From Thermodesulfobium acidiphilum (lineage in GTDB: Bacteria; Thermodesulfobiota; Thermodesulfobiia; Thermodesulfobiales; Thermodesulfobiaceae), in contig NZ_CP020921.1 of NCBI RefSeq assembly GCF_003057965.1, positions 1,166,916 through 1,230,915 on the forward strand: a DNA stretch of 64,000 nt, in the 5' to 3' direction. The notes beneath the pieces are model-generated. The model was not told the origin of the DNA, did not search any database, and saw nothing but the letters and a program-made list of their open reading frames with translations. The position numbers were made by a program, and so were the translations under genes. Positions 20,432 to 29,974 of the stretch are shown in pieces. How positions within the stretch are numbered: position 1 is the stretch's first letter; every line of letters begins with the position of its first letter.

Positions 20432-21304
20432 CTATTTTATCATTTTACGTCTACATACAACAAAGCGATCTATCCCATTTAAATCTTTTAAACTAAAGCA
20501 ACTAAAGTTATTGGACTCTCCTATTTCAACAACTTCCTTTGCCTGGTTAAAACCTACTTCAAATATTAAACCACCATCTAAAAATAGATAATCTTTAGCT
20601 TTAAATAAGATTTTCTCATAAAAGTATAAACCTTTATTTTCTGCAAAAAGTGCAATTTTAGGTTCAAAGTAAATTTCTTCGCTAATTACAGAAAGCCGGG
20701 TATTGTTAATATCAATATATGGAGGATTAGAAACTATAACATCAAATTTTTCTTTTTCTAAAGGAAACAAATCAGCAAGTTCAAAAACAACCTTATTTTC
20801 CAAATTATTTTCTTTTGCATTCTCTTTGGCAATTTTTAAAGCTCTTTCAGAAATATCGGTCGCAACACAAAAAGAATTCTCAATTTCTCTTGCTATCGAT
20901 AAAGCAATTGCACCAGAGCCAGTTCCAATGTCCAAAAAAGTTTTTGCTCGAGGAAAGAACCTTTTTATTATATCAATTATTTCTTCTGTTTCATTTCTTG
21001 GTATTAACACATCTTCATTTACCTTTAATTTTAAAAATCTAAAGGGTTTGTATCCAATTATATACTCAAGTGGTTTATCTTTTAATCTTAGCTCGATTGC
21101 CTCATAAACTGAATTTATCTTATCTATATCAATTTCTATGTTGTCAAATAAATACAAATCTTTTATATCAATTTCTAAAAAATGTGATAAAATAATTTTA
21201 GATTCCAAAGAAGGATTATCAGTCTTATTTTTTAATTGATCTGAAATATCTTTTGCAAATTGTTTTAAATTAACTGTTCTTTTCTTTTTAAATTCTTTAA
21301 TCAT
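20432..21304 (-). CDS. prmC: Release factor glutamine methyltransferase
   Basis: PLEYIIG, VLIPRNETE, DIGTGSGAI, SNPPY, EP..ALF. Confidence 0.94.
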   Translation of the reverse strand: MIKEFKKKRTVNLKQFAKDISDQLKNKTDNPSLESKIILSHFLEIDIKDLYLFDNIEIDIDKINSVYEAIELRLKDKPLEYIIGYKPFRFLKLKVNEDVLIPRNETEEIIDIIKRFFPRAKTFLDIGTGSGAIALSIAREIENSFCVATDISERALKIAKENAKENNLENKVVFELADLFPLEKEKFDVIVSNPPYIDINNTRLSVISEEIYFEPKIALFAENKGLYFYEKILFKAKDYLFLDGGLIFEVGFNQAKEVVEIGESNNFSCFSLKDLNGIDRFVVCRRKMIK

Positions 21305-21354
21305 GTTATAATCATTTTAAACTAAAAATAAAATCCTGTGGAGGACCAGTTAGT

Positions 21355-22023
21355 ATGCCAAAGAGCTATAAAAGAAGAAAACATCTTCTTTCCGATGAAG
21401 CTTATGAAAAATTAAAAAAACATATATTTCTTGGAAAAATAAAAGTTGGAGAATTGGAAACAGAAAGAGGACTCGCTGAGAGATTTAATATTAGCAGAAC
21501 TCCTATAAGAGAGGCTATTTTGAAATTAGAAAAGGAAGGCCTGGTAACTGTAATTCCTAGAGAGGGCATATTAATTGGCAGTCTAAACAGATTCGATTTA
21601 AAAGAAATTTTTGAAATAAGAAGACTTTTAGAAAGCTTCTCAGCAGAAAAATTAGCAAGAGTAAAATCAGATATAGATTTTTCTAAACTGGAAAAAATAA
21701 TAATTAATGCACGAAAGAGAATATCAAAGAAAAATTATGTAGGTTTCGTAGATCTAGACAGAGAATTTCACAGCACTATTGCAGAACTAACCAAAAATAG
21801 ATATGTAGTAAGATTTTTAGAAGATATTAGAGACGTTATGAGCCTATCTGGAATAAAAGCTTTAACAAAATCATGGAACTATGAGCAAGTTTTGCAAGAG
21901 CATGCAGAAATATTAGATGCCATAAAGAAAAAAGATCCTTCATCTGCAAAAAAAGCTATGGACAAGCATTTGCTAAATACTTTTAAGGCTATGATCAGAA
22001 TATTGCCAAAAATAGAAGATTAA
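21355..22023 (+). CDS. GntR family regulator (FCD domain)
   Basis: ERGLAERFNISRTPIREA; D.EFH, EH..I.DAI; GGAGG SD. Confidence 0.93.
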   Translation: MPKSYKRRKHLLSDEAYEKLKKHIFLGKIKVGELETERGLAERFNISRTPIREAILKLEKEGLVTVIPREGILIGSLNRFDLKEIFEIRRLLESFSAEKLARVKSDIDFSKLEKIIINARKRISKKNYVGFVDLDREFHSTIAELTKNRYVVRFLEDIRDVMSLSGIKALTKSWNYEQVLQEHAEILDAIKKKDPSSAKKAMDKHLLNTFKAMIRILPKIED

Positions 22024-22442
22024 ATCTTTTCAAGTATATTTTTTAAAACCTCTATTAAGCCATCAGTTAGGGGAAGTTTTAATATTTCATTTTTCGAGAA
22101 AAAACATGCTTCCCGGGCATCATCGTTTGCCTTTAAAGAACCACCTGTAAGGCTCAATAAGAATAATAATATTACGTAATGATAACCTATTTTATCTTCT
22201 TGAAGGTCAATTTTTTCATAAACAGTTAGTAGTTTAATAACTTCAACGCTAAGTGATGTTTCTTCTAAAAATTCTCTTTTTATAGCATCTTTTAATTTTT
22301 CACCCTTTTCTACAACCCCGCCTGGCAAAGACCAACGTCCAATCGAGGGAGGACACTTTCTTTTTACCAAAAGTATCTTGTTATCTTTTATCAACAAACC
22401 ACTAACAGCAAGAATAGGAAATGGATATTTTCTTCTATCCAT
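22020..22442 (-). CDS. NUDIX hydrolase
   Basis: Nudix box GGVVEKGE...REFLEETSL. Confidence 0.92.
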   Translation of the reverse strand: MDRRKYPFPILAVSGLLIKDNKILLVKRKCPPSIGRWSLPGGVVEKGEKLKDAIKREFLEETSLSVEVIKLLTVYEKIDLQEDKIGYHYVILLFLLSLTGGSLKANDDAREACFFSKNEILKLPLTDGLIEVLKNILEKI

Positions 22443-22445
22443 AAT

Positions 22446-23153
22446 TTAAAATTTCATAGGCTTTAATTTAGAAGAAATAAACATACCAATCTCAAAAAGT
22501 AGCATTAAAGGAATAAACATAATGCCTTGCGAAAAGAGGTCGGGAGGGCTAATAAAACCTATAAACAAGAAGATTAAAATATAAAAAAATTTTCTTAACT
22601 TTTTTAATGTTTGATAGGAAACAATATTTAGTAATATCAATAACGATAAAACCAGTGGTAATTGAAACATAAGCCCAAAAAAAACTATAGTTAAAAAATA
22701 AAATGATATAAATTTTGCAATTGAAAGCTTAGCAACTGCGAAACTTGTAGAATGAAAAACAAAAAAATTTAAAGCAAATGGAAGAATTATTTTAGCTGAA
22801 AAAAGTGCTCCAATAAAAAAAAGAATAACCATTACCGGCATCCATCTCTTTACAAATTTTTGTTCATTTTCATAGAGTCCAGGAGCAAGAAACCACCATA
22901 TACTATAAAAAATAATAGGCGACATAATTATAAATCCCAATATCATAGATAATTTTAAATCAGTGGTAAACATTTCAAGTGGCGAAAAATAAACAAGTGT
23001 ACCTTTAGGAAGAGTTGAGCTAATGAAAGATAAAACTTTGTCTTTAAAAAACCATGCTATTATTATCCCAACAAACCACGAACCTAAACCTATTATTAGA
23101 GTCTTTCTCAGATCGCTGAGATGCTCAATAAGGCTCATTTCTTTTTCATTCAT
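22446..23153 (-). CDS. tatC: Twin-arginine translocase subunit TatC
   Basis: MSLIEHLSDLR, FLAPGLYENE, FQLP, PPD..SQ, P..LLFE. Confidence 0.93.
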   Translation of the reverse strand: MNEKEMSLIEHLSDLRKTLIIGLGSWFVGIIIAWFFKDKVLSFISSTLPKGTLVYFSPLEMFTTDLKLSMILGFIIMSPIIFYSIWWFLAPGLYENEQKFVKRWMPVMVILFFIGALFSAKIILPFALNFFVFHSTSFAVAKLSIAKFISFYFLTIVFFGLMFQLPLVLSLLILLNIVSYQTLKKLRKFFYILIFLFIGFISPPDLFSQGIMFIPLMLLFEIGMFISSKLKPMKF

Positions 23154-23695
23154 AGCCTAACCGAAAATACCTCCTTATAAACAGGCCCCTCAGGTAACAA
23201 AATACTTTGAAATAGACTAACTTTATCCATGATAGATTCTATTTTCTTCTTTCCTTTAAAATAGACCGGGAAAATATCATCACCTATCAAAGTTTCTCTA
23301 AATCTAACCAATGTAAGATGGGGTTTAAACTCTCTTTTCTCCATATCAAACCCTAAATTACTCATAGCCAGATCAACGTTTCTAAAAATTTTTTCAAAAT
23401 CGTTATCTCTTTCATATATTTTTAAATAAGCAAATTTTGGATTATGTCTTGATGGAATATAACCAATCTCATTAGAGAAAAAAAAGTTAAACCTCTTAAA
23501 ATTAGAGAGTGAGTCCAAAAGCTGCTCCGAAATTATTTGAACATCTAATTTTGTTTCTCCTAAAAATTTAAAAGTAATGTGATAATTTTTGAAATCAACA
23601 ATTTTGTGTTTCTTAAATGCTTCACAATTCATTACATTAAGGTAAATATCTTTAGCATCTTTATTGTGAATCTTGTAAGCAATAAATAATCTCAC
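23150..23695 (-). CDS. thpR: RNA 2',3'-cyclic phosphodiesterase (2H family)
   Basis: MRLFIA, HITF and PHLTL (two HxT motifs), GPVY. Confidence 0.88.
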   Translation of the reverse strand: MRLFIAYKIHNKDAKDIYLNVMNCEAFKKHKIVDFKNYHITFKFLGETKLDVQIISEQLLDSLSNFKRFNFFFSNEIGYIPSRHNPKFAYLKIYERDNDFEKIFRNVDLAMSNLGFDMEKREFKPHLTLVRFRETLIGDDIFPVYFKGKKKIESIMDKVSLFQSILLPEGPVYKEVFSVRL

Positions 23696-24825
23696 CCTTT
23701 ACTAATTACCCCCAAAAAGTTTGCCAGAGCAAAAGAGGATACCCTTTTTAAAATAAAGCTTCTATCACCTTTAAAAATTTTTTCAAAAGAATAAGTTTTA
23801 TCTCCAACTATTGATATATACGATTGACCAATATTGCCACCATCGGGCCCTGCGTAACAAACTACTCCAATAGCCCAATTACTATCAAAAAGATCTTTTG
23901 AAGCCTTAGCAATAGCAAGAGCTGCTTCCGGTGAAACTGTATTTCCAGAAAACCCACACAACTTCTTTTTTGAATCAACACTATAAGCAACAATAGTTCC
24001 CAAATAAACGCTACTAATGCCGGGTATTACAGCTAATCTTGATGAAAGCAAACCTCCAGTACAAGACTCTGCAACGCTTAAAGTTTGATTTTTCTTTTTA
24101 AGAACTTTATAAATCTCTGTCTCAAAATTTGAGGATCTGGTACTAGCATAGTAAAGACAATCTTTGAAAATTTTCTTCAACCTTTTGTCCCAATACTTAG
24201 CTTTCTTTTCAGAGTCAGTTTTTAGAATAAGCAACACTTCACTATCCAAGCCTAATATGGTCAAAGAAACTTCAAAGTCATTTAACAACTCATTCGGCAA
24301 TTCCTTTTCAACAGATCTCTCAAATCTAAGCAACAAATGATAAAAAAATATATATAATTTATCCTTGTTTTCCAAAAACAATTTTTCTAAAATTTCATCA
24401 AGCAAATAATCAAATTCTGCAGGTACTCCAGGAAGCAATATAATTTTCTTGTTATTAAAATCAACTATCATGCCCGGCGCCAACCCAACTTTATTTAAAA
24501 AAACCTGCGCCCCTGAAATCGTATAGGCCATTTTTTCTGGCAAATCAAGATTTTTTTCAAGAGGCAATTTTGTAAAATTTGATACAGCTTCCCTGGTAAG
24601 ATCGTCAAAAGTATTCCCCAAACCACCAGAAATAAAAATATAATCGTAAAACTCACAAAGATATTGGATTTGAGCTGATATTATAACAAGATCATCCGGA
24701 ATAACAATTATGGTTTCTATTTCATGACCATATTTTTCGAGCTTCGAAGAAAGTAGGTTAGAATTAGTTTCAGAAACTGCACCAATAGTCAATTCAGAAC
24801 CTACACACAAGAGAGCAACCTTCAC
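23692..24825 (-). CDS. cinA: CinA (molybdopterin-binding-like plus PncC NMN deamidase domains)
   Basis: VGSEL..G...TN, GGLG.T.DDLT, LPGVPAE, AESCTGG. Confidence 0.88.
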   Translation of the reverse strand: MKVALLCVGSELTIGAVSETNSNLLSSKLEKYGHEIETIIVIPDDLVIISAQIQYLCEFYDYIFISGGLGNTFDDLTREAVSNFTKLPLEKNLDLPEKMAYTISGAQVFLNKVGLAPGMIVDFNNKKIILLPGVPAEFDYLLDEILEKLFLENKDKLYIFFYHLLLRFERSVEKELPNELLNDFEVSLTILGLDSEVLLILKTDSEKKAKYWDKRLKKIFKDCLYYASTRSSNFETEIYKVLKKKNQTLSVAESCTGGLLSSRLAVIPGISSVYLGTIVAYSVDSKKKLCGFSGNTVSPEAALAIAKASKDLFDSNWAIGVVCYAGPDGGNIGQSYISIVGDKTYSFEKIFKGDRSFILKRVSSFALANFLGVISKG

Positions 24826-26135
24826 TCTATTAACTTCCCTTCTAATTTAAATCCTTTATTTTTTGTAATTAAAATCCTGATAAAATCTCCAATTTCTACT
24901 TTTTTATTGCCTCTAAATCTTATAAAGGAATCTATATCTGGAGCTTCCATAAAGCTTCTGCCTACATTATACTTGTTAAGATCGTTTTCTACCAACACTT
25001 CAAAACTTTTCCCTACTAAGGATTGGCGCCATTTTAATGTAATATCTTGCTGAATACTGTATGCAATTTTTAGCCTCTTTTTCTTTTCAACATATTTAAC
25101 TTGTTCATTCATAGAATAAGAAAGAGTATCTTCTTCTCTTGAATATGAGAAAAACCCAGCCCAATTGAGTTTGATTTTTTCTAAAAAATTAATTAACTTA
25201 TCAAATTCTTTTTCATCTTCTCCAGGATGCCCTACTATGAAAGTAGACCTTATTACCGAATCAGGAATATTTTCTCTAATGCTATCTATCAATCTCAAAA
25301 ATCTTTCGCTATCAGGATTTCTTCTCATATATCTTAAAACCTTTTCGCTTGCGTGTTGCATGGGGATATCAAAATAAGGCAAAACTTTCTTAGATCCAGA
25401 AACAAATTTAATTACATCTTCACTTAGCAAATCTGGATAAAGATACATCAGCCTTATCCATCTGATTTCTTCGATATTTTCAAGTCCTTCTAACAATTTT
25501 AATAAAGAATCTTTCCTATCCAAACCATAAAAAGTAACGTCTTGCGCAACAAGTATAATTTCTTTTTTCCCCTTTTGAGCCAGATCTTTTGCTTGATCTA
25601 ACAAAAATTGTCTTTCATAGCTATGATATGGACCTCTTATTTTTGGAATAAGACAGTAAGAACACTTTCGCGAACACCCATCAGCAATTTTAAGATATTC
25701 GAATGGTCTTTCTACAAAAAACTTTCTATTTTCATTATCACTACAAATCTCATTCTTAAAATTACAGTAAACTATATTTTTATCTAAATATTCGAATATT
25801 TCCTCGCCAAAAGACCTTCCTGGTTCCAAAAAAGCACTAACATCTGGAAAAAGTTCAATTAGGGAGTCTTTATACAAAGAAACTAAACAGCCACCTACTA
25901 TGATTTTGTATTTAAAATTTTTTTTATCCACAACAAAGTCTAATATTGTCGAAATTGCTTCCTGTTTTGCCTTTCTAATAAAAGAGCAAGTATTTATAAA
26001 AACATAATCAGCTAAATTCAGATCAAAAGTTAAAAAACAATTATAGGTCTCAAACTTACCTAATAAATACTGTAAATCCACCTCATTTTTTGGACAACCT
26101 AAAGAAACTGGTAGTATATATCTGGCTTTAGTCAT
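24822..26135 (-). CDS. rimO: Ribosomal protein S12 methylthiotransferase
   Basis: SLGCPKNEVD, NTCSFI, KIADGCSRKCSYC.IP, R.MYLYP, AP.ID. Confidence 0.94.
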   Translation of the reverse strand: MTKARYILPVSLGCPKNEVDLQYLLGKFETYNCFLTFDLNLADYVFINTCSFIRKAKQEAISTILDFVVDKKNFKYKIIVGGCLVSLYKDSLIELFPDVSAFLEPGRSFGEEIFEYLDKNIVYCNFKNEICSDNENRKFFVERPFEYLKIADGCSRKCSYCLIPKIRGPYHSYERQFLLDQAKDLAQKGKKEIILVAQDVTFYGLDRKDSLLKLLEGLENIEEIRWIRLMYLYPDLLSEDVIKFVSGSKKVLPYFDIPMQHASEKVLRYMRRNPDSERFLRLIDSIRENIPDSVIRSTFIVGHPGEDEKEFDKLINFLEKIKLNWAGFFSYSREEDTLSYSMNEQVKYVEKKKRLKIAYSIQQDITLKWRQSLVGKSFEVLVENDLNKYNVGRSFMEAPDIDSFIRFRGNKKVEIGDFIRILITKNKGFKLEGKLIE

Positions 26136-26857
26136 TCGGTCAGTTCTACAACTTCCCCTATATTACCTGCTTTAACCCAGTTTTTACCGTCCTTAGATAT
26201 TTCGACCCCCCCAGCATTACCTAATTTTATATCAAGAGTATCGTTAGTTGTAAAAGTTTTTTCTTCTCCAGGATTAATAATACCTTCAAATAAAACCTTA
26301 TTCTTATCCTTGACAAGTACCCAGGACTTTCCAATGAATTTCAAATAAATAGTCTTTTGAGAACTATTAATATTACCAGTCTCGATATTATTAGATTTCT
26401 CTTGTTTAACGACATTATTTGGCATTTTATTTGCTAAAAAGTTTCTCTTTGTAATCATTATTTGATAAACCAAAAATATTGAAAGCGAAAAAATTGTCAC
26501 AATTAAAATAAATACTACTATATATTTGATAGATTTAATATTTCTTTCTTTAATTATCTTTTCTCTTTTTTCCTTCGGGATTGTAACTGTTTCTTGAACA
26601 GAATTTACTTTTTTCTCTTGAACAAATTCATCAAAAGATTTTAAAAGTATACTCGGATCAATATCTAATTCTCTGGCAACAGCTTTTAGATAACCTTTAG
26701 AGATAGAATAAGGTGGAAACTTTTCTTTTCTGCCTTCTTCAAAAATTTTTAAGTAGTAAGAAAATATCTTAGATTGTTCAGCCAGTTCTTCAATTGACAT
26801 GCCTTTTTGCTCTCTTATCTCTCTAAATAATTTTGGAAACTCAGAATTGTTATTCAT
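26132..26857 (-). CDS. rodZ: RodZ/YmfM HTH-TM-DUF4115 protein
   Basis: N-terminal HTH, single TM, SW...LGNAGGV C-terminal domain; upstream of rimO. Confidence 0.85.
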   Translation of the reverse strand: MNNNSEFPKLFREIREQKGMSIEELAEQSKIFSYYLKIFEEGRKEKFPPYSISKGYLKAVARELDIDPSILLKSFDEFVQEKKVNSVQETVTIPKEKREKIIKERNIKSIKYIVVFILIVTIFSLSIFLVYQIMITKRNFLANKMPNNVVKQEKSNNIETGNINSSQKTIYLKFIGKSWVLVKDKNKVLFEGIINPGEEKTFTTNDTLDIKLGNAGGVEISKDGKNWVKAGNIGEVVELTE

Positions 26858-26859
26858 CT

Positions 26860-27363
26860 TTAGCTCCTCAAATTTAAATCTTCAATAGGCGGCAATTCGT
26901 CTAAAGAACTTAAACCAAAAAAATCAAAAAACTTATTGCTTACCCCAAAAAGGGGTTGCTTAATGGGAGCATTATTAAAAGAGAGAATCTTAATAAAGCC
27001 ATTTTCGAAAAGTTTCATCACTTGCTTTTCGCTTCTTAAACCCCTTATTTTAGATACATTACTTGCACTTATTGGTTGGTTATATGCTATTATAGCTAAA
27101 ACCTCCAACATGGATTTTGATAACTTTTCATTGTCTCTTTTACATAAAACAAAATCTTTAAATTCTGGTCTAATACCAAAAAAATATCCTTTTGAATTTT
27201 TGTATATCTTAAAACTTCTGTCTTTATATTCATTATTCAACTGATCTATTAAATCTTCAACCTTTTCTGGTTTTATCCCCACAGCCTTTGAAATATTGTC
27301 TAATTTAATAGGTTTTACGTTTAGAAAAATAATTGCTTCAATAATTTTTTTAAAGTCTTTCAC
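26860..27363 (-). CDS. scpB: SMC-Scp complex subunit ScpB
   Basis: IEAIIF, LEVLAIIAYNQPI, IRG, FFGL.SLDELP. Confidence 0.92.
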   Translation of the reverse strand: MKDFKKIIEAIIFLNVKPIKLDNISKAVGIKPEKVEDLIDQLNNEYKDRSFKIYKNSKGYFFGIRPEFKDFVLCKRDNEKLSKSMLEVLAIIAYNQPISASNVSKIRGLRSEKQVMKLFENGFIKILSFNNAPIKQPLFGVSNKFFDFFGLSSLDELPPIEDLNLRS

Positions 27364-27910
27364 TTTTGAAAATAATAAAATTTCTTTTCTGTTTTAACTC
27401 TATTATATTATTTTTGTAAAGTTCAAGGAATGCTAAAAAATATCCCACTCTTTCTTCAAATTTTATCAAAAATAAATCAAATTGGCTAAACCCATTGTTT
27501 ATCAAAAATTTAATAGAATCCACAAAAAAGCTTAAAGGGATATATTTTCTTACATTATAGACTTTCGATTTATTTATAAACTTTATCATAGCTCTTTTCA
27601 AAATTTCAGGTTTATAGGAAATCTCATTTGGATTGTATTTTCTTGGTACCGGGCAAGATGCCCTCATTGACAAAAGCCAGTCCGAAACCCAATCCCAACA
27701 ACTATTTTTAGTAGCATTAGCTTTTAATAAATCTAAATTTGTTCTATCTTTTTCAAAAAATACATTATCTAATCCCTCAAAGATATTCCTAATCTCATTA
27801 ATAATTTGGTAGGGATTCTCAAAATTTTTTTCCTCTACGATCTGTCTTATTCTCTCTACCTGACACAGCAATTCATCTAAATATGAAACATTAACGCTAT
27901 CTATTAACAT
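27350..27910 (-). CDS. scpA: Divergent ScpA-like kleisin
   Basis: Sits between trpS and scpB; C-terminal FLAFLELYK..II.L.Q matches the ScpA winged helix; N-terminus not recognisable. Confidence 0.55.
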   Translation of the reverse strand: MLIDSVNVSYLDELLCQVERIRQIVEEKNFENPYQIINEIRNIFEGLDNVFFEKDRTNLDLLKANATKNSCWDWVSDWLLSMRASCPVPRKYNPNEISYKPEILKRAMIKFINKSKVYNVRKYIPLSFFVDSIKFLINNGFSQFDLFLIKFEERVGYFLAFLELYKNNIIELKQKRNFIIFKSERL

Positions 27911-27911
27911 T

Positions 27912-28901
27912 TTATATTGGATAATTTAGTTTCATAGCATCGTAGACTTCTCTAATTGTGTTTTTGCAATAATTAGATGCACTGTCAGATCCTGATTTCA
28001 GTATATCCCAAAGCATATCTTTGTGCGATAAATAATAACTTCTTTTGTTCCTTATTGGTTCTAATATCTCATTTATTTTTTTTGCAAGCTGTTTCTTACA
28101 ATCTACACAACCAATCTGAGCTTTTTCACACCTTTCTCTTACTTCAGAAAGCTCTGATTTGAATAAAACCCCATAATAAGAAAAAACATTACAAACGTCA
28201 GGATGTCCTGGATCAGTTTTTTTGATTCTTTCTGGGTCTGTAATCATTGAAGCTACCTTTTCATTTATACTTTTCTCGTCATCCTTCAGATATATAGCAT
28301 TATTATAAGATTTACTCATCTTTCTACCATCAACACCCAATAATTTTGGAAATTCAGCTAATAAAGCTTCCGGTTCAGGAAATATTTCTTTATAATGAAA
28401 ATTAAATCTTCTTGCAATTTCTCTTGTCATCTCAAGATGTGGAACTTGATCTATACCCACAGGTACCCTTTTTGATTTGTAAATTAATATATCAGCTGCC
28501 ATTAAAACTGGATATCCAAGATGACCATATGTAAGCTGATCTTCAATACCAAGCTCCCTTGCCTGTTCTTTTACTGTTGGATTTCTCTCAAGCCACGATA
28601 CAGGAGTCAACATTGAAAGTATCATATGTAGATGAATGTGCTCAGGAACTAAAGATTGTAAGATTACAGTAGACTTTTTTGGATCAATTCCACAAGATAA
28701 CCATTCTGCAAGCATTTCTTCAATATAGCCACTTAAATCAGCTGAATCTTGCCACTTTGTAGTCAAAGCATGCCAGTCCACAATACCAAAAAAACATTTA
28801 TAATTTTCCTGCAAAATTTTCCAGTTTTCCAAAACTCCTAAATAGTGACCTATGTGTAGACTTCCTGTAGGTCTCATACCACTAAAGATTGTTTCTCTCA
28901 A
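27912..28901 (-). CDS. trpS: Tryptophan--tRNA ligase
   Basis: RPTG.LHIGH, YPVLMAADIL, VPVG.DQ, KMSKS. Confidence 0.97.
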   Translation of the reverse strand: MRETIFSGMRPTGSLHIGHYLGVLENWKILQENYKCFFGIVDWHALTTKWQDSADLSGYIEEMLAEWLSCGIDPKKSTVILQSLVPEHIHLHMILSMLTPVSWLERNPTVKEQARELGIEDQLTYGHLGYPVLMAADILIYKSKRVPVGIDQVPHLEMTREIARRFNFHYKEIFPEPEALLAEFPKLLGVDGRKMSKSYNNAIYLKDDEKSINEKVASMITDPERIKKTDPGHPDVCNVFSYYGVLFKSELSEVRERCEKAQIGCVDCKKQLAKKINEILEPIRNKRSYYLSHKDMLWDILKSGSDSASNYCKNTIREVYDAMKLNYPI

Positions 28902-28914
28902 ATTAGTCCTCCTA

Positions 28915-29364
28915 TTATCCTTCCAGCTTTTTTAAAAACATTACGTCCTTTGATTTAGTGTGATGTTTTCTGACAATATTTACTATTTCATCAGAAAAAC
29001 CTTCCATTTTCAATATATTTGAGCCTATTAAAGCATGATCAAAATATGAACTGCTTTTTCTAAAAAAAGTAAATTTTAAAGACCTTAAAACTCTTGTTAT
29101 AAGAGAGGGTTTTTCAAATTTTTTTCCAATATCATGAAAAATTATAACTCTTTTTTGAATATAAATTAATTTTTCATCACTAGTATCAGGCTTATAATTC
29201 TTTAATAAAAGAAGTGAATGAACCCTATCCTCTTTGGGCATTGAAAAAAACAAACTGATTTCCCTCTCGTTCAATTCTTTTAAAACAATTTTATAAGATG
29301 GTTCTTTGAAAGTATAAAAAACTGTATAAATAAATCTTCTTACATCAAGAAAAAATTTCTTCAA
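28915..29364 (-). CDS. HD domain protein
   Basis: D..HS, HDIGK, HA.IG, HH. Confidence 0.75.
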   Translation of the reverse strand: MKKFFLDVRRFIYTVFYTFKEPSYKIVLKELNEREISLFFSMPKEDRVHSLLLLKNYKPDTSDEKLIYIQKRVIIFHDIGKKFEKPSLITRVLRSLKFTFFRKSSSYFDHALIGSNILKMEGFSDEIVNIVRKHHTKSKDVMFLKKLEG

Positions 29365-29366
29365 GT

Positions 29367-29966
29367 TTATGCAAAAACCATTAAATTAAATATAAATTGC
29401 ACTATTGGTATCAAAATATTTGCTCCACCCAGCAAAAGAAATATTATAAGCACAAATTGCCCATAATATTCGTACATCTCAATAGTACGTCTTAATTCAT
29501 ACGGGAAAAATTTCCTAAAAACTGTATATCCATCAAGAGGAGGTATTGGTATCAAATTAAAAACCCCCAAACTTATATTTAAAAAAATAAGCAACTGAAA
29601 AAAAGCTACAAGAGGATCATAAACAGAAATAAACTGATAAAAAACAACTAAAATTCTGGCAGCAACTAAAGCCATCCCAAAGTTAGCCAAAGAACCGGCT
29701 AATGCAGTCATTTCTATTCCACCTTTTTTCCTTGATAAAATAACATAATTAACAGGTACTGGCTTGGCCCAGCCAAATTTAATAAGTAGTAAGGCTACGA
29801 ATCCTAATGGATCAATATGCGCCAAAGGATTAAGAGTCAATCTCCCATTGGCTTTTGGTGTATAGTCACCATATTTATAGGCCACATACGCATGAGCAAA
29901 TTCGTGAACAGTTAACGCTATGATTACAGCAGGTATAGCTAAAACCAAACCAACAATATCAAACAT
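29367..29966 (-). CDS. Site-2 protease (M50) family protein
   Basis: HEFAH, GRLTLNP..HIDP, FNLIPIPPLDG. Confidence 0.93.
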   Translation of the reverse strand: MFDIVGLVLAIPAVIIALTVHEFAHAYVAYKYGDYTPKANGRLTLNPLAHIDPLGFVALLLIKFGWAKPVPVNYVILSRKKGGIEMTALAGSLANFGMALVAARILVVFYQFISVYDPLVAFFQLLIFLNISLGVFNLIPIPPLDGYTVFRKFFPYELRRTIEMYEYYGQFVLIIFLLLGGANILIPIVQFIFNLMVFA

Positions 29967-29974
29967 AGATCACC

